Source of the DNA: a virus
Strand: one strand, 5' to 3'
IMG/VR virus record: IMGVR_UViG_3300010885_004110
Location: 32,001-96,000 of that record
DNA length: 64,000 bases
The position numbers and the translations under genes are program-made. This document shows positions 1-11,034 of the stretch, piece after piece. A model generated the notes under the pieces. It had not been told where the DNA came from. It saw only the letters and a program-made list of their open reading frames with translations, and ran no database searches. Each line of letters starts with the position of its first letter. The stretch's first letter is position 1.

Positions 1-3000
1 TGTTGGATACACTGTAGCTCCGGTTGTATCATAGATTCCTAGATAATTTGTATTTTCATGATGTGACCATGTAACACCGTTATAGTAATACATGTAGACT
101 CTGCCACGACCAGTAGCAGCGCCGATTTGAGGATCGCACATTGAGCCGGTAGCTGAGACTGCCATGTAATATGTTTTTCCACTAACTCCAAAAGATACCG
201 AACTACCAAATCTTTCATCAGTTGCTGGTCTTGGACTTACAAAATTATAAACGTTTTCCCATTGATCATTTTGATACTTGTACAAAGATATCATGCCTTG
301 ATTAACAAATCCAGTGCCTTGACCAATAGGCGTTGCATCAACTATTGTTGCAGGCTCCCATAGATGAGAACCAATAGTTATCCAGATAGAGGAACCATCG
401 TCTCGTTCGTCTACCGGAACTCGAGGTACATTAGTAACTGCTTTCCATAACTTACCATCGCTTAATACGATCGATCCGGTGATATACTCAGAAGCAGGGT
501 CGTACTCTCCTATATAATGTGACGGTACTGCGGTTGCCCTTGGAGATGCAATAGCCAACCATTTATAGTCTGGACTAACTGCAATAACTTCTCCAAATAC
601 TCCAGCAACTGGCGCACTAAGATCATCAACTGGTGCAACCATCTGCTTTAATCCTAATGATTGATTTACTGCTGTTCTATCAGTGTAGATCATCACATAT
701 CCAGACGCAGGCAACGATGTTGCTATTTGTTTCAACGGTTCAATATATGCAATTGCCGTTCCGGTATTTAACGGAGCAGTAATACCATAATCAACTAGAT
801 CATAAGTTTGATATTGTTTAATTTTTTCAACAACTTCCCATTTTCCCGCTTCATTTGAATCAATCCAAATCTTAGAACCAGTTGCCAACAACGCTGTTGT
901 TCTATAATCTAAGTCCTGATAAGTGTTTGCTTTTGCCTCAGTAAAAATCCCAATGACTGCTGATGCACTATCTTCAATCGCCGGATTGTCACTGCTTGTT
1001 GTTTTAACTGTAATAGTTGTTGAGGTTGCTGCTGTTATTTTGTAGAATCCTGTTAGGTTAGCAACATAGATAATACCAATAATATCACCTATTGATAAAT
1101 TATGAATTCTACTTAAAGATAAAATTACATCGGTTCCATCTTTTAATACCGAAACAATTCTTAAAGATAGTGCTTCGTTGTATCTTAGGACTGTCCATTT
1201 GTAACTATCAAATGTTACCCAAAAATGATCGTTGTCTGCAACTGATGCAATGTTGATATTTAAAATATCATCTCTAATCTTAACAACAAAATCAATGTCG
1301 TTGAGATGGACAGGTCCTGCGGAACGAGTAGCTTTATCAAAAGATGCTAACGGTGTAATGTTAGATGTAAATGGCAACGGAGCAAGTGTAAACTTAGTTG
1401 GATCAATTCTTAAATTTTGATCAACAATAACTGTAGATTTTTCAGCAACAATTAATGTAGGTTGTGGATTTATTTGTATAGACTCTTTAGAAATTTCAAA
1501 CTCAATTTCTCTTAGTTGTTCAACTCCGCCCAATTCTCCAACTTTAAATGCCCATTCTTCGTTTAACACTACACTGTCGTCTGCTGTTCTACTAAGTTTA
1601 TCAAATACTTTAGTTACAGCATTGTTTGTGCCTTTTTCTCTAATAAATCCCTGATATAATCTAAATTGACTAATTTCATCTTCTGCTAACCCTTGGAGGT
1701 ATTCTCTTGGTTGGTATCCTATTGCATGTCTTGCTAACTCACGTTGGCTAGATCCTACGCCGTCGGCTTCAACTTCATAATAGTCTTCGAATTGATTAAT
1801 TCTATAATCAAAATTAGCTACTAACCCTTTAGTAGGAGTAGAATCTAATTTTGTCCAGTTAGCGTCTATAAATTCTTGAGTACCTAATTGATTAGTTTTA
1901 CTGGTCCAATTATATGACTTGTGTGCAACAATATCACCTAATCGATAATCAGTAAATGGTTGCCATACTGCGATATTGACATTGTCAAACAAGAAACCAG
2001 GACTGGTATAATCACCATCCCAATCCACCGTACGGAACCCTCGGCTCTTAATACGTTCTTGTCGATAGCCGGTTGGCTTATCATACATTACATCATTAAA
2101 CACTGTTCTGTCATCAAATATTACAATGTGTTCTTTGAGAACAAAGTTTGCTCTTATAAAATAGATACCACGATTTGTATTAGTAGTTGATAATATTAAA
2201 TTTTTATAATCTCGACTTACATTAATATATTGCGGGCCTAGTGGTGTGCCGTCATCTTGTAGAATCTGATAATCATAAAAACTATCTAAGAAACTATCTG
2301 CAACACCTAATGAAATACTAACATTAATTTTTTGAGAGTTAGGACTTAATGTTAATAACGATCCTTCACTCCAATTGTGTTTACTCCAAAACATAAATTC
2401 TTTTGCAGAGGTAAACCAATCCATAGAAGCCTGAATTGTTGTATCATAACCATCAAATACAAATCCAATACTAATTAAGTATTCTTGATAGCCTAACATA
2501 AAGTCAACAACTTCTTGAATTGAAGTCATTAATGTACCGTAATTCAATCGATTAGTTACTAATTTATTATAATTTCTTCTTTTAAATGCTTGAACTGCTC
2601 CGGTTACAGGCAGTGCAGAAAGTTGTTTCCATTCTGCACTATCAAATGTATTGTTACTAGTATGGCTTCTAAGACTTCTAAAATAAGTCTGGCCGTACTT
2701 AACAATTACACCGTTGCCGTAAAATTTGTTGGAAGTCCATGATAAGAAATTCTCACTAACTCCGCCAACAGCTATTAACGGATCACTCTGAGAGCTAATG
2801 GGTTTAAAATATGTAAAGAACGGATCTTTAGTATCATATCCGCTGATTTTCCAACCCCGAGTTGTTTTTTCAATAATGATACCGCTGTATGCTACAGAAT
2901 ATATTGGAGAACTTACATTAAAAATAATGTCATAGTTTTCTTGAGGAACAAAAACACTACTGGTTGTGGATTTAGGATTTTTACTATCTAATACATATTT

Positions 3001-6000
3001 TTGTTGTTGTTGATCAACAAATCCCGATAATCTATTTGAAAGAGCAACATCAATGTTAGTAAGTTTATTAACTAACGTAGAGACTGGTATTGTTTTGCTC
3101 TTTAAGTAATTTACCACGTAAGAAACTAAACCAGAAACTGGTGTTGATTCAGAATTTTCAAAAATTACATCACTTAATCTAGCAAACGATTTAGAAGTTT
3201 TGTTTATTGTTTGACCTAATAAATTTAGTGCAGTTTCTGATTTATTAAATGTATCGGTGATGTATTCAAACGGTTTCAATAAACACAAGGCTAGTACTAC
3301 AGCAAAAGGCCATTCGGAACTAGCACTCCATGCAGCTTCTACAGGTCCCTTGTCGCCTAATATAAAAGTACCTTTATTATTAATAAGAGTAAAGTTACCA
3401 GCTAATCCGGAATTTAAAGGGCTTAATAAATTACCATCTCCGTCTACTGGAATGTGCTGCATTATCGACGGACGTTTGTATCTATCGCGTGTTCCGGCTC
3501 TTTCGCCCTGACGAATAACACCGTCACGCAAATCTTCCCAAAGAATTAAATTATTAGAAGTGTAAGGTGCTGGACCATATTCACTTTCCCACCATGTTGG
3601 TTTTTCTGAAAATCCTAACATTTCCCACGGACATGTATGTGGGCGATCGGTATCATAAAACCATTTGTAAACACCTCTCCAGTATCCAGGTAAATTTTTT
3701 GTCTTTGATGGATCTACCATATTAGAATACGTATAGGTAAAACTATTTTCACTATCAAAGAATGTATTATTTACATAGTCAATATTTGTATCCGCAATCC
3801 ATTTTAAAAATTCAGGGGAGGCAATATTATCAAGTTCGGATTTGCCATACTCTGCATTTCCATAATATCCGCCCAAGATTGCATCGTTATCAAAAATAGT
3901 TTCATCGTATGTTTGTTTAATATTATTGTAAATTCTTTTTTCTAATTCTAATAATATATCATCTCGGAAATCGCCATAGGCAATAGTAATGCTACCGTCG
4001 TGTCCTTGAATAACTTCTTTTGGCACAACATACGTATTATCTAAAAATTTCTTAGGTTCGTATTTTCTATACAATCCTAATTTTGTAGGAGTCGGAGGAA
4101 TAAAATTTGAAGAAGTAGAAACATATTCACGTATTTCTATCGTATCGCCTTCAACTAGCGGAATACTTAAACTAACAAATCCAAATGTTGAATTAAAACT
4201 ATAATCTCTACCAGTTAATAATTGAGTATTATTATAATAAACATATACAGCCTTAGAACTTAATGTTTGTAAATCAAATTTTTGTGATAGTGCAAATGTC
4301 TTAATACCTTCGTCTTCAACTGTGTAGTTCAATACCGAATACGCCCCGCTTCCGATCATATCTGAATCAGAAAAAGGTCTAGATGAATTTTGTGTTTTAC
4401 TAATTTCTTCTAATATAATATCTACATAATCAAGAGGTTGTTGATCATAATATAAACGATATGCAATATCAACAAATGTATTTTTAAAATCAGTATAAGA
4501 TTTTTTAGCATATTGTATAGATTTTACAATATTAATTTCTTTATCACATAGTAACACTGCTGCTAACGGAGCAATATTACTGTGTTTTAAAAATCGTCTT
4601 GCTTTATTTTCGTACCCTGAAATATTTCTAAGATTACTAGTACCCGGATATATTCCAGCAAATTCGTCTGTTACTTCAATACCTGTTAATATATGATCAG
4701 ACGCCTGACCTAAAGTAAAAGAAGTAATTTTGTCATTTAACGGATTTTTTTCTAATCCTAAAGGAATTTCATAATAGCCGGTTGTTGGATCTAAATCTGC
4801 AAATATTTTAATAGTAACAACATCCCCAACTTTAAATTTACTGCTAAATGTAAAAGTGTCTACTAATCGAGTCCATGTTTTTTTACTAATTATGCCGTTA
4901 ACATAAAATATAATTTTATTAATATCAGTTTCTAATACTGATTCCCAGTCAACGGCGGTTGAAACAATAGTGTTAGTAATTTCAGTAACTATTGTCGAAT
5001 CAATAATAGGTTGGCTAAGTGTACGATCTAAAACTTTCCATCCATTATCATAAGATACAATACCATTAAATTTATAGTATCCTGTAAAAATATTTTCTGT
5101 ATAGATAGTCTGAGCAATTTTATATGTGAATTGATCTTTATCTAAATCAAATTCAAATTGAATGTCGCCTACATTATCAATATTCAAATAAGAAAGACTA
5201 AATCCTAATTCTTTATCAATAACACTGTTGCCAATAACATAACTTAATAATTCAGTACCCTGAAATGAGCTAATTGGATATTTGTCAACATCTGATAAAC
5301 TAACTAATTCTTTATCAAATATATCAAATAACGGCGACTGATTTACTTTGGTTTTTAATTGACTTTTAATCCAAGCGGTTCCGTTAAAATGATACATTAA
5401 CCCCTTGTAATTATTACCTCTACGAATTAACGCAGATTCACCAAGTATCGATTCAGCATCATCAGCTTTTTGTAAATTAATTTGTGTGACATTATTATGT
5501 CGAATAAATCGCACAACATATATTTTATTGTTTGCTAAACTATCGGTGTCAGCGGTAACTAAAACTCGAGCACCGTCAAATAGTTGTTCACCGTCTACAA
5601 TATATCCTCTACTACCTTCAATGACTGAAAATATATCTGTTGTAAAATTGTCTATGTAATCAACTGTCTGTTTTGCAATACTACCATGATTAAATAATTG
5701 TAGATTAGATTTAAACTCAATAATAGGACGTTTTGCTCGAGAAGTCTCAGCAGCTTCAAAACTTGTACCGTTAAACGAATGTGAAAAATCTAAAGTTTCT
5801 CTGTGAAACCAACGATTATATCGACTCCATGGATTCGAGTCAATGCTTGATTTTGAAATGGTTGTATAATCTTTTAAAGCAGGATATGCACTAGCATCAT
5901 CATACGGTTGGCTGTCAAAGCCGCCATTGTCAAATAATATTTCTGGGGCAGTTGCATTTAAATTTCCAGAAACGATCAAGTCTGAAAACTTGGTTAGAGT

Positions 6001-7131
6001 AATCTGTGTACCAACACCTTCAACAAGCCATCTATCATTATTGTTACTATATCGAGTCGGCGTAACTGATCCAACAAAATATAAAAGCATACCGTTAGAT
6101 AACGATATGTTGTTACTACTAGTATACGATGCTTTGCCAATAATTTCTTTTTCTATGTCAATTTTCGTATTGGTCTCAATATTCCCAATTATAAATCTTC
6201 CAAACTTATTAACATCTGTACTACTTTGATAAAATAATACATCAGGGGCATCAAATGGTACTTCAAACGTAACTGTACCGTTTTCAATTCCGTTATTTGT
6301 TATTCCCTTGGTATAATCTAAAGAATTTGTTAACAAAATATTATCAACAAATTCCCAATCTTGATTTTCAAGATTAATTGTACTGCCGTCTCCTGAATTA
6401 ATGTTATCTTTGGCTCTCCACAATTTTTCATCAAATACAACCAATTGTCCTTTGGTATATGAAACTAAAGGATTGTATAATAGAGTACCGGTATCGATTG
6501 CAGTCTTGATTAAAAATCCATTGTTTGGAGCATTAATTTGAAATTTATAAGTTTGACCTCTATACAAGGTTAATGTTGGATTATTTGTCAATCCGTCGGG
6601 GGTAAACAAATAAACACTGCCTACTCCTAATCCAACTCTATATGTACTAGTAACAGTCTGTGATTGTCCTAAGATTTTGATAGGAGGTGGTCCTTCAGGG
6701 ACCCAATAATATTCTCTATAGTTAACAAACTTATCCCAATCGATTGGAGGATTCCAGGAATAATGTTCTTGATTTGTAGTAATTGCATCAAACTCTCCAG
6801 TATTTCCAAAGAATTTAATTTGATTTTTAAAATCAAGATAGTCGTAAAAATTCTTAATAACTCCGTCTTCTTTAATTATTACACCGGGTTCTAGCTGATA
6901 TCGACTTCTTAATGTTGCATCACTGTCCAAGTAAATATCTTTGCCATTATAAGTTTTTCCGTACCTACGTCCAATATATCCAACAGTTTTTTCCAATACG
7001 CCTGGCTGTACCAGCGGATCAACTACTGCTGATAAAAATTTAGAATTGGCTTCTGTTTGAAAAATCTGTGGTAATAACTCAACAGTTTTTCTAATTGGTA
7101 GTTGACTTTCTGGAAAAAATTCTTGTGCCAT
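1..7131 (-). CDS. Giant baseplate wedge / virion structural protein (partial, runs off left edge, >2,377 aa)
   Basis: Not in the ORF track because there is no stop in the window. ATG at 7131 reads MAQEFFPESQLPIRKTVELLPQIFQTEANSKFL...; spot-checks in the same frame give ...RELARHAIGYQPREYLQGLAEDEISQFRLYQGFIREKGT... near 1.7 kb and ...ENTNYLGIYDTTGATVYPT at position 1. Directly downstream of the gp6-like gene. Confidence 0.8.
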   Translation of the reverse strand, partial: MAQEFFPESQLPIRKTVELLPQIFQTEANSKFLSAVVDPLVQPGVLEKTVGYIGRRYGKTYNGKDIYLDSDATLRSRYQLEPGVIIKEDGVIKNFYDYLDFKNQIKFFGNTGEFDAITTNQEHYSWNPPIDWDKFVNYREYYWVPEGPPPIKILGQSQTVTSTYRVGLGVGSVYLFTPDGLTNNPTLTLYRGQTYKFQINAPNNGFLIKTAIDTGTLLYNPLVSYTKGQLVVFDEKLWRAKDNINSGDGSTINLENQDWEFVDNILLTNSLDYTKGITNNGIENGTVTFEVPFDAPDVLFYQSSTDVNKFGRFIIGNIETNTKIDIEKEIIGKASYTSSNNISLSNGMLLYFVGSVTPTRYSNNNDRWLVEGVGTQITLTKFSDLIVSGNLNATAPEILFDNGGFDSQPYDDASAYPALKDYTTISKSSIDSNPWSRYNRWFHRETLDFSHSFNGTSFEAAETSRAKRPIIEFKSNLQLFNHGSIAKQTVDYIDNFTTDIFSVIEGSRGYIVDGEQLFDGARVLVTADTDSLANNKIYVVRFIRHNNVTQINLQKADDAESILGESALIRRGNNYKGLMYHFNGTAWIKSQLKTKVNQSPLFDIFDKELVSLSDVDKYPISSFQGTELLSYVIGNSVIDKELGFSLSYLNIDNVGDIQFEFDLDKDQFTYKIAQTIYTENIFTGYYKFNGIVSYDNGWKVLDRTLSQPIIDSTIVTEITNTIVSTAVDWESVLETDINKIIFYVNGIISKKTWTRLVDTFTFSSKFKVGDVVTIKIFADLDPTTGYYEIPLGLEKNPLNDKITSFTLGQASDHILTGIEVTDEFAGIYPGTSNLRNISGYENKARRFLKHSNIAPLAAVLLCDKEINIVKSIQYAKKSYTDFKNTFVDIAYRLYYDQQPLDYVDIILEEISKTQNSSRPFSDSDMIGSGAYSVLNYTVEDEGIKTFALSQKFDLQTLSSKAVYVYYNNTQLLTGRDYSFNSTFGFVSLSIPLVEGDTIEIREYVSTSSNFIPPTPTKLGLYRKYEPKKFLDNTYVVPKEVIQGHDGSITIAYGDFRDDILLELEKRIYNNIKQTYDETIFDNDAILGGYYGNAEYGKSELDNIASPEFLKWIADTNIDYVNNTFFDSENSFTYTYSNMVDPSKTKNLPGYWRGVYKWFYDTDRPHTCPWEMLGFSEKPTWWESEYGPAPYTSNNLILWEDLRDGVIRQGERAGTRDRYKRPSIMQHIPVDGDGNLLSPLNSGLAGNFTLINNKGTFILGDKGPVEAAWSASSEWPFAVVLALCLLKPFEYITDTFNKSETALNLLGQTINKTSKSFARLSDVIFENSESTPVSGLVSYVVNYLKSKTIPVSTLVNKLTNIDVALSNRLSGFVDQQQQKYVLDSKNPKSTTSSVFVPQENYDIIFNVSSPIYSVAYSGIIIEKTTRGWKISGYDTKDPFFTYFKPISSQSDPLIAVGGVSENFLSWTSNKFYGNGVIVKYGQTYFRSLRSHTSNNTFDSAEWKQLSALPVTGAVQAFKRRNYNKLVTNRLNYGTLMTSIQEVVDFMLGYQEYLISIGFVFDGYDTTIQASMDWFTSAKEFMFWSKHNWSEGSLLTLSPNSQKINVSISLGVADSFLDSFYDYQILQDDGTPLGPQYINVSRDYKNLILSTTNTNRGIYFIRANFVLKEHIVIFDDRTVFNDVMYDKPTGYRQERIKSRGFRTVDWDGDYTSPGFLFDNVNIAVWQPFTDYRLGDIVAHKSYNWTSKTNQLGTQEFIDANWTKLDSTPTKGLVANFDYRINQFEDYYEVEADGVGSSQRELARHAIGYQPREYLQGLAEDEISQFRLYQGFIREKGTNNAVTKVFDKLSRTADDSVVLNEEWAFKVGELGGVEQLREIEFEISKESIQINPQPTLIVAEKSTVIVDQNLRIDPTKFTLAPLPFTSNITPLASFDKATRSAGPVHLNDIDFVVKIRDDILNINIASVADNDHFWVTFDSYKWTVLRYNEALSLRIVSVLKDGTDVILSLSRIHNLSIGDIIGIIYVANLTGFYKITAATSTTITVKTTSSDNPAIEDSASAVIGIFTEAKANTYQDLDYRTTALLATGSKIWIDSNEAGKWEVVEKIKQYQTYDLVDYGITAPLNTGTAIAYIEPLKQIATSLPASGYVMIYTDRTAVNQSLGLKQMVAPVDDLSAPVAGVFGEVIAVSPDYKWLAIASPRATAVPSHYIGEYDPASEYITGSIVLSDGKLWKAVTNVPRVPVDERDDGSSIWITIGSHLWEPATIVDATPIGQGTGFVNQGMISLYKYQNDQWENVYNFVSPRPATDERFGSSVSFGVSGKTYYMAVSATGSMCDPQIGAATGRGRVYMYYYNGVTWSHHENTNYLGIYDTTGATVYPT

Positions 7132-7132
7132 A

Positions 7133-10100
7133 TTAATTTGTACTTGTAATTATTGTGTTACTTGCTGCTCTAATTTCTGTAGCAGAAATTGCAGATACTA
7201 TTTCTATATCGTCTACAGTTGCACCGCTAACGAATATTTCGTCTACTCTACTTTGAATTTCAAACAAACTTCCAAAACTTTGAGTAGCTTGTCTAGGCAC
7301 TAACACCATGTTTGAAATGTCCGGAGATACGGAATTAATAACATACGTAATCATTTCACTAATATAAAATCTATCACCAAAATCCCAATTATTAACATCA
7401 AAAAATAGATTAATTGCACCAATAATTCTAACTTTTAAATCATTATCATTGATCAATTTATTTGTATTTTTAACTACTTTAAATTTTGCTTGAAGTTTTA
7501 CATTGGCAGTTGCGCCGAATAAAACTTTATATGTTACTGGATGATAAATTATTTCATCGCTGATAGTTTTAATTTGTCCTAACTTAGTACCAAAACTAAT
7601 TCTTAAACTATCACTGTTAGGTGCAGCTGGTTCAAGCAAAATTGCTCCTGCAAGATAATTTCTAAAATTAGTATCATAACTTCTTGTTAAAATATAAACG
7701 TCAATAATATTGCTAGCACTAGGATCGATTCTACGATCAACATTGGCATTATGAATATATTGAAATTTTAAATTTGAACGTCCATAATTTGCAAAATATG
7801 TAGGTTCTAAAATTAATGTATTCGTAGTCCTCGATACACGCTTTACTTGATCTTCATCGCTATTATAAAAATAAATTAACGCACCGTCGGCATAATTATT
7901 AACGTTAACTAAACTTTCTTTTTGTATAACGTCGATATGTCCATCGGTATTATCAATATATTGTTTAATTTTATTGCCTAAAGAATCGTTAATTTCTTTA
8001 AAGAAAATAAATTTCTTTTTATCTTGTTCTGTTAATATCTGATCGTTACCAACTAACATTTCAAATGCTTCGGGATTATCGATAACTCCGTCATCGTCGT
8101 TATCGAAAAATGCTATTTTAATATTATCAATACTTTGATAACCGTCGTCGTATCTAATAGTATCGCTAATTTCAAATTTAATATCTTGTTTTAAAGGTAA
8201 AATTAATTCACTGTTGGTATTTACTCCAAGTATTTTAATTTGATCTTTAACTACTTTTCCTGTTTTTCCATTGTATGTTTTAGACTTTGAATCAAAATAA
8301 AATCTATTTTGCTCAAGACTTCCAAAAATATAATCTAATCCTCTAATTCTTAAAATATATTCATCTGCTTCTTTTACAAATGCTAATACCCAAGATGCAT
8401 CTAAACTACTATTTGTAACATCACCAGATTTACCTAAACTAAAATTACTCAATAGATTTAAATTAGAACTTGTGATTAGTTTCCAGTCGCCGTCAATAAC
8501 GCTATATCGTAATCCAAAATTTAAATTACTAAACATTTGATTGGTTATTTCAGATTCTAATGCTGTTGATAAATTTGTAGAAAACTTAGGAACAATTCTA
8601 CTTGCAATAGCCCCCGTAGGAACAACATCACTAAACTGTATTGCACCTAGTCCAGAAGTTAAAATGCCAACTCCGGCATTTGTACCATCTCCGGTAATTT
8701 TAATAGCCTTGGTCCATATCCTATCATATTGATCAGGATCAGAAGAATTTGTTACTACTATCGATCCTTTCTTAAAACTATAACCGGCCGGTGGAACAAA
8801 CTTTACCAATGATCCCACCGCAACATATTTTAATGTGCTAGTAGTGTAGGTTCCTACTTTTAAGATTAAGTTTGTATCGTTTGCATTAATAAAATAACCA
8901 GTTGATAAATTAACATCTGTAGTAACTGTAACCCAGGACACTGGTTCAGTAAAAGTAATTTTATCGAATTTTGTTACAAAATAATTATAAACATCGGTAT
9001 TGTTGATTGTTGGTTCAACAGTGTTCCTAATAAAATTTAAAATTTCAACTCTATTTGTGTACTTGAAAGATGCCGAACGTTCGATTTCTTCTTTATAAAT
9101 TAAGCCGTCGTCGGCAAATACATTAACTGCACTATATTTTCCTGTAGCGTCAATAATTTCAAAATTTCTACTGATACCGCTAGATGTTCGATTAATTGCA
9201 TTTATTTTTAATATATCTTGAGAAGTAGTTAATGGTGCTAAATTATAATCTTCACCTGTAACCATTCTATTTTGAGTGTAATATTGTGCAGGGGCATTGG
9301 CTCTGATAGAATCAATTGACTCAGTTGGTGATGAACTACTTACTGTATATTTTAAACCAAGAGTAATTGTTAACGTATGACTAATGCCTTGACGGTTAAC
9401 GTACGGAACAGAAATAGTAATGCCTCGCATTTCATTTGGAGCAATCTGATAAGCTAGGCCGTTACTAGTTCGATAAAATACTCTAAAACTACCTTGTGGT
9501 AAATTACCATATACCCCATCGGCAAATGCTAAATCAACTCTGTCATTTTGTTTAGTAATTACAGAATATATATTTCGTATGCTCGATGTGACACTGTTAT
9601 AAGCAATGTTGTTTCCTACTAGAGCTGATACTTTTGTCCACTCGTCTTGTTGTGCGCCGTTAGCGTTTAAACTAAACAGCCAAAGATCATCATTATTAAT
9701 GTTATCACTGTCTACTGCTATAATTTCATTAGAAGAAGGCACATTTATCGAAAAGTCGGCAAGCTCTAAATTTCCTTGTTTAAACATTAAGAAGAAACCA
9801 GTATTCGAACTTGTGCCGCCACGTCCGTCATTTTTATAGACAAATCCTAATTGATTTCCAGGAACCGGCGGCTCTTCGTAGATCTCTTCTTTTCCTTTGA
9901 ATGCAGTACTAATTAACTCAAAAGTCATTTGGCGTCCAGAAACAATTTTACTAAAAGTAAAAACAGGAACATCAGTAGATGCTGTTCTAAATCTATATTG
10001 ATCAGTTTGAATCCCTTCGATTGTTGAAGTTCCTTGGCTGCGACCAAACTCAGTATTGTCTGCCATTGCTGCATTTAATACCGCTATAAATTGTTCTGAC

Positions 10101-10555
10101 CAGTTTTGATTTGTTGGATCATTCCATACAATTGTTTGTTGTGAAAGATTTTTACCGTTGCTGTCTAATACACTTTCTGTTGTGCTTACAGTATCAAATT
10201 TCAATAATCCCTTGGCGGCGATATTTCGTTTGGCATTATAACTTAACATCTTTGCCAAACGTAATACGCTTTCTTTACGCTCTGCTAGTTCAATAAAGTT
10301 TTCTCTACTGGCTAAATCAATACGGAATGACAAACTTTGTCCAAGAAAAGCAATGGCGTCGATTAATGCTAGGTACTCCGAACTTTCAATATAGTCGTTA
10401 AAATCTTCGGGATAGTTTTCACGGAAATAAGAAATTACAACTCTGCGAAGATTTTCAAAATCGTAAGATTTGAAGTCAGCAGTTTTAAACGTCTGGTATA
10501 TTCTTGTCCAATCCTCATTTAAAATAAGGTTGTTTTGTCTCGATGTAGTTGTCAT
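7133..10555 (-). CDS. gp6: Baseplate wedge subunit, T4 gp6-like
   Basis: N-terminal DFKSYDFENLRR...DFNDYIESSE...LAKMLSYN, plus FADGVYGNLP and ESIDSIRANAPAQYYTQNRMVTGEDY motifs typical of the gp6/baseplate-J family; context next to gp25. Confidence 0.85.
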   Translation of the reverse strand: MTTTSRQNNLILNEDWTRIYQTFKTADFKSYDFENLRRVVISYFRENYPEDFNDYIESSEYLALIDAIAFLGQSLSFRIDLASRENFIELAERKESVLRLAKMLSYNAKRNIAAKGLLKFDTVSTTESVLDSNGKNLSQQTIVWNDPTNQNWSEQFIAVLNAAMADNTEFGRSQGTSTIEGIQTDQYRFRTASTDVPVFTFSKIVSGRQMTFELISTAFKGKEEIYEEPPVPGNQLGFVYKNDGRGGTSSNTGFFLMFKQGNLELADFSINVPSSNEIIAVDSDNINNDDLWLFSLNANGAQQDEWTKVSALVGNNIAYNSVTSSIRNIYSVITKQNDRVDLAFADGVYGNLPQGSFRVFYRTSNGLAYQIAPNEMRGITISVPYVNRQGISHTLTITLGLKYTVSSSSPTESIDSIRANAPAQYYTQNRMVTGEDYNLAPLTTSQDILKINAINRTSSGISRNFEIIDATGKYSAVNVFADDGLIYKEEIERSASFKYTNRVEILNFIRNTVEPTINNTDVYNYFVTKFDKITFTEPVSWVTVTTDVNLSTGYFINANDTNLILKVGTYTTSTLKYVAVGSLVKFVPPAGYSFKKGSIVVTNSSDPDQYDRIWTKAIKITGDGTNAGVGILTSGLGAIQFSDVVPTGAIASRIVPKFSTNLSTALESEITNQMFSNLNFGLRYSVIDGDWKLITSSNLNLLSNFSLGKSGDVTNSSLDASWVLAFVKEADEYILRIRGLDYIFGSLEQNRFYFDSKSKTYNGKTGKVVKDQIKILGVNTNSELILPLKQDIKFEISDTIRYDDGYQSIDNIKIAFFDNDDDGVIDNPEAFEMLVGNDQILTEQDKKKFIFFKEINDSLGNKIKQYIDNTDGHIDVIQKESLVNVNNYADGALIYFYNSDEDQVKRVSRTTNTLILEPTYFANYGRSNLKFQYIHNANVDRRIDPSASNIIDVYILTRSYDTNFRNYLAGAILLEPAAPNSDSLRISFGTKLGQIKTISDEIIYHPVTYKVLFGATANVKLQAKFKVVKNTNKLINDNDLKVRIIGAINLFFDVNNWDFGDRFYISEMITYVINSVSPDISNMVLVPRQATQSFGSLFEIQSRVDEIFVSGATVDDIEIVSAISATEIRAASNTIITSTN

Positions 10556-10574
10556 AGATCCTAGTCCTGTACTG

Positions 10575-10580
10575 TATTTA
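10575..10580 (-). promoter_or_regulatory. Late promoter box TAAATA upstream of the gp6-like gene
   Basis: tattta on + strand, 20 nt upstream of ATG 10555; matches the core of the T4 gp55 consensus TATAAATA. Confidence 0.55.
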
Positions 10581-10598
10581 CCGGAGAAAATAAAGTGC

Positions 10599-11033
10599 TT
10601 AGTTTATAATATTATTTTGTTTATCAAAATCAAACGTCATGCGTTCATTGATATTAAAGGGCAAATATGTGATGTCTGCTTCGATTCTAATACCCATGTC
10701 GGTGCTGTCTATAACAACTCCATTAATGGCAATCCTAGGATCATAATTAATAATCTGCTCAACATCTTTTGTTATTAGTTGTTTAACTTCTTCAGTAAAG
10801 GGTTCAAATAATAAATCCCATATAATTGTTCCAAAATCAGGATTCATAAGTTTTTCACCTTTACGAATATAAAAGTGATTAATTAAATCTTGTTTTACTA
10901 AATCAATATCGTTTAACTTAAAGGTATTAGATGTTTCTTTACTGCTAAATCCTTTATAGGTAAATGATTGCTGACTGTCACTTACGCTTGCTGTGAAGGA
11001 TGCTACTGATTTTTTATTGTAAATTTTAGCCAT
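10599..11033 (-). CDS. gp25: Baseplate wedge subunit, gp25-like
   Basis: DLVKQDLINHFYIRKGEKLMNPDFGTIIWDLLFEP...YDPRI is the gp25/GPW signature. Likely start MAKIY at 11033, abutting the upstream gene's stop. Confidence 0.88.
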   Translation of the reverse strand: MAKIYNKKSVASFTASVSDSQQSFTYKGFSSKETSNTFKLNDIDLVKQDLINHFYIRKGEKLMNPDFGTIIWDLLFEPFTEEVKQLITKDVEQIINYDPRIAINGVVIDSTDMGIRIEADITYLPFNINERMTFDFDKQNNIIN

Positions 11034-11034
11034 T

